NCBI GenBank assembly: GCA_950097015.1
Contig: CATNEN010000002.1
Location: forward strand, 8,308,001-8,372,000
Direction of reading: 5' to 3'
Length of the DNA stretch: 64,000 nt
Source of the DNA: Macrostomum hystrix
Taxonomy: Eukaryota; Animalia; Platyhelminthes
Shown one piece after another: positions 43,201 through 54,862 of the stretch. The stretch's first letter is position 1. Every line of letters starts with the position of its first letter. The notes beneath the pieces were generated by a model that saw only the letters and a list, made by a program, of their open reading frames with translations, was not told the DNA's origin and made no database searches. A program made the position numbers and the translations under genes.

Positions 43201-43966
43201 CGAGGTCCTGGCCATCAGCTCCTGCGCTGCGGAGTTGAATGAGAAAAACATCTCAGGCAGGACTATCATCTTTCACTCGGACAGTCAGGCTGCTCTGCAA
43301 GCCCTCTGTCACACCACCACAACCTCCCGGACAGTCTCCGACTGCGTCCGGCAGCTCAATAACCTGGCCGGTAAGAATACCGTCAGACTTCAGTGGATAC
43401 CAGGGCACGCCGGTTTCCCTGGTAACGAGCTTGCTGACCACCTGGCCAAGCAGGGAGGAGCCAGCTCTGCGCCGGGCCCCTCCCCCCCGGCTCCGATTCC
43501 GAGCACCGTCATTTATCGTCAGATTAATGATTGGACCGCCAACCTCCATCTTACCCGGTGGAGAAGCACCACTAACTGCCGCCAATCCAAAGCGGCAGTT
43601 CCAGTGCCATCCGCTCGGCTCCGGAAGGTCCTTCTGAACCAGACCCGGAAGGACATCCGGGCCCTCACCATGACCCTCACGGGCCATGGCTGCTACGCCA
43701 GACACTGTTTCCTCCGTGGAGACCTCCGGAGTGAGCTGTGCCCTTTCTGCAACCTTGAGGACGAGGATGCCCTGCACTTCGTCTGCCACTGCCCTTTCTT
43801 CACCAGAGAGAGGCTCAATCACCTCGGACCAAACCCATCAATGGACGATGTTTGCAGATCCGAGAACATCCCGCGGCTCGTCCGGTTCCTAAGGGCTACC
43901 AGACGAGCCTCTTTCTTCCCCAGCGAGGAACAAGCTGCAGGAAGGACCGAACACGGACCTCCCTGA
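40265..43966 (+). CDS. LINE A ORF2: APE endonuclease, reverse transcriptase, RNase H and C-terminal CCHC; intact, 1233 aa
   Basis: LQVNL...LVQEPW...AGDINAHH...SDH (APE); FRPISL...QHAFR...PQGGVLSP...YADD (RT); YTDGS...QNEV...SDSQ...WIPGH...GNELAD (RNase H); CPFC...HFVCHC. Confidence 0.96.
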   Translation: MIGHTGITCLQVNLQHCIAASVNLMRYVELNMPGLILVQEPWTHKGKPQNVPNGYHCLYNSRHWENQTPRACILVRDSLNAWHRPDLSDRDTCVIQTENILPGKTVLIASVYLPGDRPAVPEELISLTETCAAKNYELIVAGDINAHHTHWGSSDINSRGEDLLAYILTTSLEFCNTGSTPTFDNGRWSEVIDATLATPGLYQSLREWQVLPETSLSDHKYISFQLAGARCTNQITWKRNARNTDWEAFRHNLEGTQRNLSPPANTCDEADELAEFLTNSLTTAFEASCPLKAYRGKTSAPWWNPQLGELRRTAKRLHRRATKTKNPADQAAYLEAIHSFKKEVRNAKNSKWRQYCEELEGTRPTSRIVKALTLDKMSKLSTVRKADGRPTENPGETLDTMLTAFFPSVPAGTDPPDHTEGGHILATSIITEDRVTKAAQSFKPFKSPGPDGIIPAFIREAVKCHGFLTNLCKLLKACIVLGYVPKAWTEARVVFIPKPGRPDYHSIKSFRPISLTSTMVKLMERLVLWRLLSVELKNMPLSGNQHAFRSGRSTESALHALVDALEKAVLGNGFALSIFLDIDGAFDNVLFEAFDRALRMRHTHSHLRRWIMYMVRHRTATAHLLGHQRTVTVCKGCPQGGVLSPVLWNMVIDELLRDSQPDPILKVGYADDVTAVASGPVPEALRDLLQNFINNAERWATRCGLKLSESKTAAIMFTSKNKWHIRPLQLYGKDITFQKQTKCLGITLDHRLSWTPHVHAKAKKAFAILAQLRRAVGNTWGLTPKRLWWIYTAMVRPAVSYAGLIWASALQLKTCHETLRRVQGRACRTIMSAPPSAPFDGLNAFLNILLLDIFIRGEAAKTARRLLDAGVRFVPQRAAAKRKLLPHTDLCLRDLGASNGINVLTDGEPCSLNLLQRFKVLIPTRDQVSDHWNTQEVHCYTDGSMKDGSAGFGVCILINGRVVATHAQHTGKSSSVFQNEVLAISSCAAELNEKNISGRTIIFHSDSQAALQALCHTTTTSRTVSDCVRQLNNLAGKNTVRLQWIPGHAGFPGNELADHLAKQGGASSAPGPSPPAPIPSTVIYRQINDWTANLHLTRWRSTTNCRQSKAAVPVPSARLRKVLLNQTRKDIRALTMTLTGHGCYARHCFLRGDLRSELCPFCNLEDEDALHFVCHCPFFTRERLNHLGPNPSMDDVCRSENIPRLVRFLRATRRASFFPSEEQAAGRTEHGPP

Positions 43967-44080
43967 CTGGCCCCGCGCCATCGGCCGATTGCGGGTCTTT
44001 CAGGGATTAGCGGAATGGGCGACTCCCGCCTCCCCGCTGCGTCCGTCGGACCGCCCTGCAGATAAGTCAAGTAAGTCAAG

Positions 44081-47000
44081 TCACCTTCGCCAGCGAAGGC
44101 CAACGCCTTAAAACCGAGCGCTTCCGCGTTTGGATTCCGAATGGCAGTGCCATCAAATCTGGGGATCAGCTTAGGCAGATTCTGCTGAAGCTGCACCCCG
44201 ACCTTGAGGCCAACGGGCTCCTTCACCATGCCTCCTCCCGCAAGGAGACGGGGTTCACGGTGATCCTGGGGCTCTCGGATGCGTGGACGAAGCGCTTGCC
44301 GCCAAAGTCCATCATTCACCTTGGTCTAACTCAGCTGACCATCCTCCGCTGCGAGGAGAGGAAAGCTGGCGAAGCCAAAAAAGCCAAAGCTCCTGAGTCC
44401 GGATCCGGGGCGCAAGCTCCTCCGGCGAAGAAGCAGAGGCAAACGGTGGATCCCCACCCCGGTAAAGCAGCTCGCGCTGCCGAATCCGGACCTCGCGACC
44501 GCAGGCCTGCCAGGTCCACCCGGAGATCCGGGCTGGTCCAGCGTGCGCTGGAACAAGCCAGGACTCTCAGGGCGCACCTTGAGCGGGCCCACACATCGAA
44601 CGCTCCACCGAAGCAGCCAGTGGGGCAGGAGCGACGAGGAGAGGCGCCGACTGACTGGTTTGAGGCTAGCACTCACCAGGCGGATCGCGCCATCCACGTT
44701 GACCTGACCGACGAGGCGAGCCTGAGCAGTATCGGCGTCACGACGCAAAGGGACGGCGAGGGAGACACTCTTGCTGGGCAAATGCCCGCTGAGGGCTCCT
44801 CAGCCACCCTGACCGCCGGGGACGCCGAGATTCCCATGGAGCTTTGCGAGCCTTCCATCTCCGAAAAGGAAGAGGAGGAATTGCTACGCGACTCCCCGAC
44901 TGCGCGGCCATGATCAGCAGTCCAGGAATTAGCTACCTGCAGATTAATCTGCAACACAGCGTCGCAGCTTCGGCTAACCTGATGCGTCAAGCCGAGCTCG
45001 ACAAGCCGGGTCTCATCCTAGTCCAGGAGCCGTGGACCTCCAAAGGTAAGCCCCAAAACGTGCCTTCTGGGTACAACTGCTTCTGCGTTAGCCCCCGCGA
45101 GGCGAACCGGCCACCTAGAGCCTGTATCTTAGGGGCCAAAACCCTCGGTGCTTGCTCAGATCCGACCTGTCTAACGGGGATATCTGCGTCATTCAATCTG
45201 AGGATCTGCTGCCTGGGAGAACCACCCTCGTTGCCTCGGTTTACCTACAGGTGACGTAGCGGTCGTCCCCCGGACGCTCACCACCCTGGTCGAACTCTGC
45301 TCTGCCAGGAATTATGAACTGATGGTCGCCGGCGATATCAACGCCCACCATACCCACTGGGGCAGCACAGGGATAAACCAGAGAGGCGAAGACCTCCTGT
45401 CCTATGTTACCTCTACGACCCTGGAGTTCTGTAACTCCGGGTCTACGCCCACTTTTGACAATGGACGCTGGTCAGAGGTGATCGACGCCACGCTCGCTTC
45501 ACCCAAGCTCTTTCAGAGTATCGGGGAGTGGCGCGTTCTCCCGGAGCCATCCCTCTCTGACCATAAGTTCATTCACTTTCGTGTGGCGAGCGCTCGCAGC
45601 CTAAACCACATCACGTGGAGACGGAACGCCAGAAATACTGATTGGGAAGCCTTCAGGCATGCCTTGGAGGCAACCCATCGGTCTTCGGGCCAACCACCCA
45701 CTATTTCGACGTGCCGAGAGGCGGACGAGTGCGCGACTATTTTAACAGAAACGCTAACCGCCGCCTTCGAGGCAGCCTGTCCCCTAAAAGCCTACAAAGG
45801 GAAGACATCTGCGCCGTGGTGGAATCCTCAGCTCGGTGACCTCCGTCGCAGAGCGAAGAAATTACACCGCAGAGCGAACAAAACCAGGAGTCCTGCAGAC
45901 CAGACCGCCTACCTTGAAGCCATCCATGAGTTCAAGTGGGAGATCAGGACTGCCAAGGCCCAGAAGTGGCGCCAATACTGCGAGGAGCTAGAGGGCTCAC
46001 GCCCCACCTCCAGGATTGTCAAAGCACTTACGCTAGACAAAATGTCCAAGCTCTCCTCGGTTAAGCGAACCGACGGCACGTCAACTGACAACCCAGGAGA
46101 AACGCTTGAGGTCATGCTCTCTGCCTTCTTCCCCAACGAGCCAACCAACCTGACCACCTCAGACCACACTGAGGGAGGCCAGATGCTGGCTGCCTCTATC
46201 ATCACGGAGGACCGCATCGTTAAAGCGGCCACCTCCTTCAAGCCTTTCAAGGCTCCAGGGCCTGATGGCATCGTACCTGCCTTTCTTAGAGAGGCGGTTA
46301 AATGCCCAGGTTTCCTGCGCCCTCTTTGCAGCCTCTATCGAGCCTGCATCACGCTCGGGTACGTCCCGCAGGCATGGACCGAGGCGAAGGTGATTTTTAT
46401 CCTGAAGCCAGGCCGCCCGGACTACCAGTCTATTAAATCCTTCAGACCAATCAGCCTAACCTCCTTCCTGGTCAAGCTGATGGAGAGACTAGTGCTGTGG
46501 CGCCTTCTCTCAGTGGAACTGAAGAACGCGCCGCTCAGCGACAACCAGCATGCTTTTCGGGCGGGTCGCTCCACCGAAAGCGCGCTGCACGTTCTGGTCG
46601 ACAAATTGGAGAAAGCTGTGCTTGGCACCGGCTTCGCCTTAAGTGTCTTCCTGGACATTAATGGAGCCTTTGACAACGTCCTCTTCGAAGCGTTCCGCAA
46701 AGCCCTTTACGAGAGGCACACTCACTCGTCCCTCACCAGATGGATCATGTATATGATCAGTCATCGCACGGTCACTGCCAACCTGCTGGGCCACCAACGG
46801 ACGGTCCCCGTCCGCAAAGGGAGCCCGCAGGGAGGAGTCCTCTCTCCTATTCTCTGGAACATGGACATTGACGAGCTCCTCCGAGACGATCGTCCTGACC
46901 AAATCCTGAAGGTGGGGTATGCGGACGATGTCACTGCTGTGGCGTCTGGCCCATCCCCTGACACTCTCAGGGACCTCCTTCAGAATTTCATCCACTCTGC

Positions 47001-48730
47001 TGAACAATGGGCGGGTCGCTGTGGTCTGAAGCTCTCCGAGACCAAGACTGCAGTGATCATGTTCACCAGCAGAAACAAGTGGCAGATACAGCCGCTTAGG
47101 CTTTACGGTAAGGAAATTTCCTTCTGTAAGCAAACCAAATGCCTAGGGATCACCTTGGACCATAGGCTGAACTGGTCTCCCAATGTTCAAACCAAAACCA
47201 AGAGGGCCCTCGCGATCCTCGCGCAGCTGCGGAGGGCCGTTGGCACCACCTGGGGGCTCACCCCCAAGCGCCTCTGGTGGATCTATACTGCAATGGTCAG
47301 GCCAGCTGTCTCGTACGGCAGCTTGATCTGGGCCAGTGCCCTGCAGATGAAGACCTGCCTGGAGGCACTTAGGAAAACGCAAGGGCGCGCTTGTCGCATG
47401 ACCATGAGCGCCCCACCGTCTGCTCCTTACGACGGCCTCAATGCCTTCCTCGACGCTACCCCGCTGGACATTTTTGTCCGCAGGGAAGCCGCCAAAACAG
47501 CGCGTCGGCTCATTGACGCCGGCGTCCGCTTCACGCCGCAAAGAGAAATGGCAAAGCGCAAACTTCTGCCTCACACCGATCTGTGCCTTCGTGACTTGAA
47601 AGATGGCGGCGGACTCCACGTCTTATCTGACGGCGAACCACGCACTCTGAATCTCACCCAGCGCTACAAAATCATCATTCCCTCGAGGGAAGACGCTAAC
47701 GACCACTGGAACCACCAGGAGGTCCACTGCTACACGGACGGATCCCTTAAAGACGGCCTTGCCGGCTTTGGGGTCTGCATCCTGATCAACGGCCGCGTCG
47801 TCGCCACGCATGCCCAACATACTGGGAGACTCTCTACGGTCTTTCAGAATGAAATCCTTGCCATCAGCTCTTGTGCCGCAGAGCTGAATGCCAGGAATAC
47901 GAGAGGAGAGACTATCATCATCCACTCTGACAGCCAAGCGGCCTTACAAGCCCTTTGCCGCACCACCACGTGCTCCCGGACAGTCGCTGACTGTGCCCGG
48001 CAACTCAACCTCCTGGCCAGTAACAACACGGTCAAGCTGAGCTGGATCCCAGGGCATGCGGGCTTCCCAGGGAACGAGCTTTCGGATACCCTTGCCAAGC
48101 AAGGTGGCTCTGGCTCTCTCCTGGGACCTGCTCCCCTGGTCCCGATCCCCATCACGGTCATCAATCGCCTTATTGATGACTGGGCTGAATGCCTGCACAG
48201 GGACAGATGGGCGGGCACCCAGAACTGTCGGCAATCCCGTGCCGCAGTTCCGCGCCCGTCTCGCAGGCTCAGGAACATCCTTTTGAACCAAAACCGGAAG
48301 GATATCCGCGCCCTCGCCATGACCCTCACGGGCCACGGCTACCTCGACCGCTAGGCACTGTTTCCTCCGGGGCGACCTTGAGATTGAACTCTGCCCATTC
48401 TGTGAGTATGACATCGAAGATGCTGAGCACTTTGTGTGTCACTGCCCTTTCTTTAACAGAGACCGGCTACGCTACCTCGGGCCCAACCCGTCCATGGACG
48501 AGATCTGCCAGCCCGACAGCATTCCACGGCTCGTCCAGTTCCTTCGTGCAACAAGACGAGCCACTTTCTTCCCTACGGAAGACAACGCTGCAGGACGGAC
48601 CGGCGGACCACCCTGACCGGCCTCGCGCCCTTGCCTGTCCGCGGGCCTACAGGGGTTAGCGGTATGGGCGACCCTCGCCTCCCCGCTGCGTCCATGGACC
48701 ACCCTGCAGCTAAGTCAAGTAAGTAAGTCA
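44081..48730 (+). mobile_element. 5'-truncated non-LTR retrotransposon B (related but distinct family), fused to the tail of A
   Basis: Starts inside ORF1 (TFASEGQRLKTERFRVWIP), ORF1 stop at 44913, ORF2 from 44910, same 3' UTR architecture and AAGT tail. Confidence 0.92.
44910..48616 (+). pseudogene. LINE B ORF2 with frameshifts (two 1-nt losses near 45150 and 45248; disruption near 48350)
   Basis: Colinear with A ORF2 in all domains. The long open part is 45322-48354. The lesions could be sequencing errors. Confidence 0.85.
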
Positions 48731-50467
48731 AGACAGCATCAACACCTGTTAGACAGTTCGCGTCATGAAGCAATCTCTCATTTGAGTCGCTATAGAGGAT
48801 GAGGAAGGGATGCTGGTTGCCCATCCAGCACTGAAGCCTGTTTCAATCAATGATGGAGCACATGCGACCTCCTAGTGAATGCTCAGACGAAGGACCCGCA
48901 TGGCCTCAACTGCTCATTAAGTGCAGCTAATTTTGCACCCGGTGCAGATGAGGTACTGATTGGCCCTCAGCACAATGGGATCAGCCAGGGAAAGCTCTTT
49001 AGTCGAGTCCCGCAGCTCCCAGTCAATGCTCGCCAAGTTTCCATTGAGTTTTGTATTCGGAATTAACCAACCGTGAATTGCATTTACTAAGACTGCTGCA
49101 GCCAGCAATGAGCCGCATGGCAGTTGGGTTGTGGCTGACATTGTGCTGACATCTCTAAAAAACTGGCTGGCAGTTATTGACTCGTATGCGATCCCTTGAC
49201 TCGAAAATTCACTGCGGAGTTTAAAAAGATGCTTTCGGAAGAAGCATCTACAGAAATTCAATTTTCTGGAACAGATTTTTTTGTTAAAGCATTTTTTTCT
49301 TAGAAAAGCTCGTGTTAAAAAGCATATTCATTGTTTGACTCTCTCAAATCACACACGAAACTGGATTGAAATCGAGAGGTTCAGAAAACGCATCGATGTC
49401 AGGCCTAGCTCTAGCCAATCACAGACCGCCGAGCCTGACTGGGTCGGGCTTTGTCTCAGCCAGACATAAATCCCCATAAATCCCCATTAATCCCCATGAC
49501 TTGGCATGAATCCCCACTCCTTAGGATACTGATCCCATCCCTGATCGATAGGTTTGTTACAGGCGGACAGTTTCTTTGAGTCAAGCCCGGGACCTGAGCA
49601 CAGCCTGTCGAGCACTGTGGAGCTCACGAGACAAAAATTGTCGTCGGAATTATCACAGAGGCACGCGCGGTAGCTCATCACGGCTAAGCAGCTCAAGGAT
49701 TGCAGAATAGCAGCTCTGCTCGACACAAAATTCAGGTGAGACGGGAGCCACGCGAGGGTTGTTGGGAAACTTTATGTAATCTTTAAGCGAATATTTTCAT
49801 AATTTAGGTAATTAATTTAGATGGTTAATAAGCGAATGCAAAATAATGAGCCATTGCGAAACTAATATGTGACATCAGCCGCATCACCTCCTCCTAAGCT
49901 TACTGTATGACGTCAGGCCAATCAGAACGCGGCAGGGCTCGGTTGTACAACTGCGCAGAGTCAAGTCTGGGTCAACTGAAACTTTCCATGGCGGTTCACG
50001 CACCTGATTTCTACTCTATATAATTTCGTCTATTTTCCTCACAAAATCTAGATCCTTGTGGAAATCCCGCAACTCCCTCGGCGACCTCCCAGACACGTCT
50101 TAATCCGTTCTGACATCTTCAGACGCGCTTGTCCCGTTTCGTCCCAAAGCTCAGCAACACTGAATCCCCTATCCCCTGACTAGCCGCTACTTTTCGCCAT
50201 AAACTATATTATCCCCCCAATTCGTCCAAATGGACAGGGCAGGCCCGTAGGCTACAGAAAGCGAATGCGTAACACGTCAGTGGCACGGGGGAGGGGGGAG
50301 TGAACAGTTTTGTCAGCATCGCTTAGCAATCGATTCAGACCCCAATTTATTTCTCTTCAATGCCATATAATTCAGTCTGGCATAAACATAATAAATTAAT
50401 AGGATCGCATCAGTCCAACCTAACGGAGACTGTAAAATAAACTCATAACAAGACGAAGGTCTGCGCA

Positions 50468-50893
50468 ATGAGACTACTTGCTGTTCTCATCCGCCAACTG
50501 CTTTGCTGCTCGGTCCTTCGCTGCATGTTGGCCGTTGAGTTCGGTCCCATCGGCTGCTACGTGGACAACACTGGCTATGTCAAGGACATTGCCGGCCTGG
50601 CCGGCATGTCCACCATCGGGTCCTACAGCGTGGCCACAGCCTTTGTGAGCGTAGTTATGCATTCTATGACTGTGCAGTTGTGCAGCAGCATCTGCAGCAT
50701 CGGCAGCTTTGTCTACTTTGGTGTCCAGAATGGAGCCCACTGCTTCTGCGGCAACTCTTACGGCAGTCAGGGCGTTGCAGCTGCCACCGACTGCAACAAG
50801 CCGTGTTATGGAGATGGCAGCCAGATCTGCGGAGCAGCCGATCGTAACTCGGTGTACCGACTGCTCTACCTGCGTCCGAGTGAGCACTTTTGA
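50468..50893 (+). CDS. Secreted single-WSC-domain protein (141 aa), copy 2
   Basis: Identical to copy 1 except for 6 nt and 5 aa. Confidence 0.88.
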   Translation: MRLLAVLIRQLLCCSVLRCMLAVEFGPIGCYVDNTGYVKDIAGLAGMSTIGSYSVATAFVSVVMHSMTVQLCSSICSIGSFVYFGVQNGAHCFCGNSYGSQGVAAATDCNKPCYGDGSQICGAADRNSVYRLLYLRPSEHF

Positions 50894-51284
50894 CCAACTG
50901 CTTCTCCTTAGAATGGTCGCTTTGATTGTATCGTATTGCATCGTATCCAAGGACCACTAGAAGAAGAAGGACGGGGCACTTCGTTTCTTAAAAAATTATT
51001 AAAGGCTGATTTTGACGGAAAAATGCACTAGCGAGATAGGAACTTTTCACTTTTATCAACTTAAAATGTAAAAGATTTTATCATGAATAATTGATCTTCA
51101 TATTATTTTGGTTACTATATCATGCAGCAATTATAGTCTGAAGCTAACTAGTGACTAACTTGAATTTTACAATCTCTGTTTAATCAAATATCTTTATAAA
51201 ATCTTTATAAAATTCGTCGAAGCAACATATTTTGTAAGTTATATCAAAAGAAGAGCTTGTATTTGTATTTGTTTCTTGCCGAAA

Positions 51285-51780
51285 TTGAAAGCCCGCTGTC
51301 CAAAATGCGATTCGCGTTGCCAACTTCAGGCGCGTCGATGATGTTGACCTCTCGCTTCACCATGTAGTGTAAAAATCGCTGGATCCCGGCCCCTGATAGA
51401 GGCTTGACGCAGAGTACATGTCGCCATCAGGTTTCACCAATCGGAAGTAGTAGAGACGAAGTAAACTCATTCATCATCTCTACTCTCATAATACTTATAG
51501 CGTCCAGTGGGTAACCAAGAGAGTTAAGGTAGTCCACAAATTTCTGTCCATGTAGAATCATTTGATCTCGAGTAGTTCTTGGAAGCGAATCCAACTGCCT
51601 CTTGTCGATGGCACTCCCGTATGTGCCTGCAGTCTCTTCAGTCTCGGGCAGATCAGGCAGCTCAACTCCTGCGATGCTCCAGTCATTCTTTGTAAAGTCG
51701 GTGATTAACTGGATAAATCGTCCAAGTTCTTCATCTCCACTATGGTCTTCACGACTCAAACTGCTCAGCAGTGCCTCGTT
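51285..51780 (-). pseudogene. N-terminal fragment of another Crypton-type tyrosine recombinase
   Basis: LDSLPRTTRDQMILHGQKFVDYL...MMNEF, then after frameshifts DGDMYSASSL...AGIQRFL...VNIIDAPE...ANRIL; parallels DGGLYAPASL...AGLYRYI...INIIEDLRF at 55670. Absent from the paralogous block. Confidence 0.65.
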
Positions 51781-52083
51781 TTTTTTCTTTCAGTCCCTTG
51801 CAGCAACGATTCTGAGAAATCCTGGTAGTCTATGGTCAATTAACTAAAAATAGATTTCATTGCCACATATGTGGCAATCGTCATTGTAGCACGCCTTGGC
51901 TATGGCCACGCTTGCTATATCTGTCTTGTTACCATAGACATTTTGAGCTTCATCTTTGAATGGATAGGAGGCGTCCAGGCGCACAGTACAGTTGCTAACG
52001 CCATCGGTGCACTCATAGCATTTTTCTACTACATCATTCCTTCATACTGTGGTCAGACGACAATGACGCAGCGCAATGAACAA

Positions 52084-54418
52084 TGAAATGGTTGGGGAGT
52101 TTTGCAACCGCTGACCTGCCCTAATGAGAGATGATTCCTAGAGGCGGGCGGCATAGTCGATTAAACACGCCTAGCTACTCGCAAGATGTCGCGGAGAGAG
52201 AGAGGAGATGAAGGGAGTGATGAGGAGGTTCAGTAGGTGCAGGGAGTGGTCCTATCGGCCTCAGGCTGGCCAGTCCCACTCGCCCCATAGGCCACAGGCA
52301 TGACTGCCGTGCCTACCCCAAGCAATGCTCGAAACCGGCTAAAAGTCTAAGAAGCATCGGATTGCCCGGAATCGGACAAGACAGGGCCTGGGTAGCCTAC
52401 TGTCATCAGTAGTGCGGTGTGCAACTGACTCCTAGCTGTGGTAGCGGTGGTCGAACTGGTCTAGGCTCCTGTCACAGAACTGCGGAAAGGCTATCGGCAA
52501 AGCGGAAAGATGATCTAGGGTAGCGCCACCACCCAATGCGCCTACGTTGCCACCGCAGACATTTGGGAACTTGGGTCCCCGGAGTACACGGCTCCTAGTT
52601 TATCGCACAGATCTAGACAAGCCGAAAATAGGGCATTCTGCAACTTCCGTTTTAGACTGGGGTGAGAGCCCCAGAATGGATCGAGACACGCCTCAAAAGG
52701 AGATTCCTGAATTCGCGCCTAGCAAGGGGTCTAGCAAGGTGGTACTAAGAACTTGAATGAGAATCCATAGCCAGAATCCTACTCATAACACATCAGACAC
52801 ATTCCGTACATTAGACTGCAGCCTACACATTAAGTAACTAACAAATCCGAATCTGTGTGAGTTGAGGAAATCAGAGGCTGGAGAGATTAAGCAGAACACT
52901 GGCTGAGTGATTACGCAAGCGAAAGATTATTAGATCATCACACCCGCTCCCGTGGCCGCAGTTGCGAAAGGGGGATAGGGGAAACTCCATTGGAAAGGGA
53001 GTTCGACACGTACACTTTGAGCCCGCCCAAGAGGGAGAAGGAAAGCCGGCCAAGGATTCCCCAACCCCCTGGGAAGAAATGCACATGCTACCTCCGCATC
53101 TGCTCGCAAATCCCTAGCTCCTTATTTACTCTCGTGCGCGCTTACAGTTGTCTTCCTGCCGCAGCCTTCAGCTCGGCCTCGCCAGAGCCCACCCCCTAGT
53201 GATTAGCCTGAGGGCCGCCTAATAGAGAAAATAAACATAGAGGCGAACAAAAGATGAAAGGATTTAAATTGTAATTAAAATTGGCCTAATGTAAAATTAA
53301 TTGGCTAATGCTGCAAGTTTATTAGGCTAAAAGTCCCGATGCCCTCTCCCACTATTGTGCCCCCTAGCTAAAAGTAAAAGTCCTTTAGAAATAACACTTA
53401 AAGGCCGCTGCGCGGGTTACTTAGCTGAAGTGCCGGTTGCGTACTGCAGTCCTGTAGTTCTCGAGGGAGGGGTAGGGCAAGATCCGCAAGGACAGAGGAG
53501 GGAAAAGCTAAATATGAGCTGGCAGGGGCCAACACACCAGTGGAGCTCAGTGGCTCAATTTGAGGGCCCACCTAAAGAGGTGGTTTGTACTACTCGGAGC
53601 TTATAGTCAGGCAATGAGCCTGTGAGCACTAGCTGAGCTTATAGCTCTAGGGTCTGAACTCAAAGTGGGGGAAATAAGTCCGGAAGATCCGTCGGGGGAA
53701 GACGGGTCCACGAAGTTTAAAGTGGGGAGGACGGGCCTAGGTCCGTCGGGGGAGGTTAAGTCTCTGGGCGGAGGTCCTAGGGGGAGCAGCGCAGCGCGCT
53801 TGATTAAATAGTCCTGCAGCACGCCAACCCCGGCATTCATCAAGCTAACCCACATCCGCGCCAGCCTGTCAACGAGGAATCGGAGCGGAGATGCGCCGCC
53901 CCGATTACCCAATGAACCGGCGGCGAGAAACGACAGATGCTCCTTCACGAGCAGCCGCCGGCAGTCGGCCAATAATTGTTACTCCGCCAGGACAATGAGA
54001 ATCGCAGGCGCCGACCTGCTTACAGTGACATTTACATGTATCTAAGAGGGGAGGTCATAAAGTCGAGCTGGGCTCGAATACTGTAAAGAAGTGGGGACAT
54101 GAAGAATTAATGATCACTCATGATGCCCGAGTGATTCCCAATATCTGATCGCGGTTTGGAGGGGAATTATGACCTAAGCTAGCTCATACAATAAAAGTTA
54201 TGGCCGCGATTAGGCATTCCTACAGGGGTCTAGACAGATCCAGGGAGAGGGGATTCGACGGCTACTTAATTCACCGCCGCCCCAAACCCGGCCCTAAGAT
54301 TAATGATCTTGCTTTTGTGGCCAGCTGCTATGTGGGTCGCGATTATTAATTGCCTAAAATTTCGAAAAATTCTGCTGGCTCACATCCCCACTCGATTCCA
54401 GTAGCACACTCCACATCA
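52084..54418 (-). mobile_element. 2.3-kb solo LTR, copy 2, with 4-bp TSD ACAA
   Basis: TG...CA termini, ACAA at 52080-52083 and 54419-54422. The empty site GAACAATGG is visible in the paralog at 32575-32583. Confidence 0.85.
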
Positions 54419-54862
54419 ACAATGGCTATAGGACATGCTGCGAGGTAATTAGCAAGATGCATTCAAGAGCTCAACTTCTTCACAACCGAAATGTCATTCC
54501 AGTTGGCAAACCGTTCTTCCTCGTAAAAACTCACCGACTGTACCTGAATGTGAGCTCCTCCAGCGGACCGTTCTACCGCAGCCCGCAGCCAATCAGTAGC
54601 AACGAGGAATGCTTCGTGAACTGCAACGCCGACTGCCAGGCAGTTCTGGTCGGTCCGGGCGTCTGCCAACTGCTCAAGTTCCCCGCTGTGCCCCACGAGC
54701 TGCACAACATGCCGGGCGAGTTCTTTGTTCGAGTCTAGCCTTCAAGATGAGACCGTCTTCAATGAGGCTCACGGGTGCAACATCTCAATTGGAGCTAAAA
54801 ACAGAACCAAAAAACGCTGTTTATTTTTCTGAACAACTTGGATTACTTTAAAGACAAATTAC

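Larger units (their letters stand above)
38295..44083 (+). mobile_element. Full-length non-LTR retrotransposon A, LOA/I group (RNase H-bearing)
   Basis: 5' UTR, ORF1, ORF2 with ATGA overlap, structured 3' UTR and AAGTC/AAGT tail. Confidence 0.93.

Noticed and set aside
44015-44045. GCCTCCCCGCTG in the LINE 3' UTRs resembling the HDV L3 loop
   Set aside because: The bases needed for P3 do not pair, and the CCGCT is already used in the AGCGG/CCGCT stem.
53607-53972. Short ORF in the solo LTRs (RMWVxLMxxGVGVLQDYL) resembling a DZIP3-type HEPN N-terminus
   Set aside because: The upstream frame is shifted in the other LTR copy, changes are mostly non-synonymous, and the conserved TATTTAA is better explained as the LTR TATA box.
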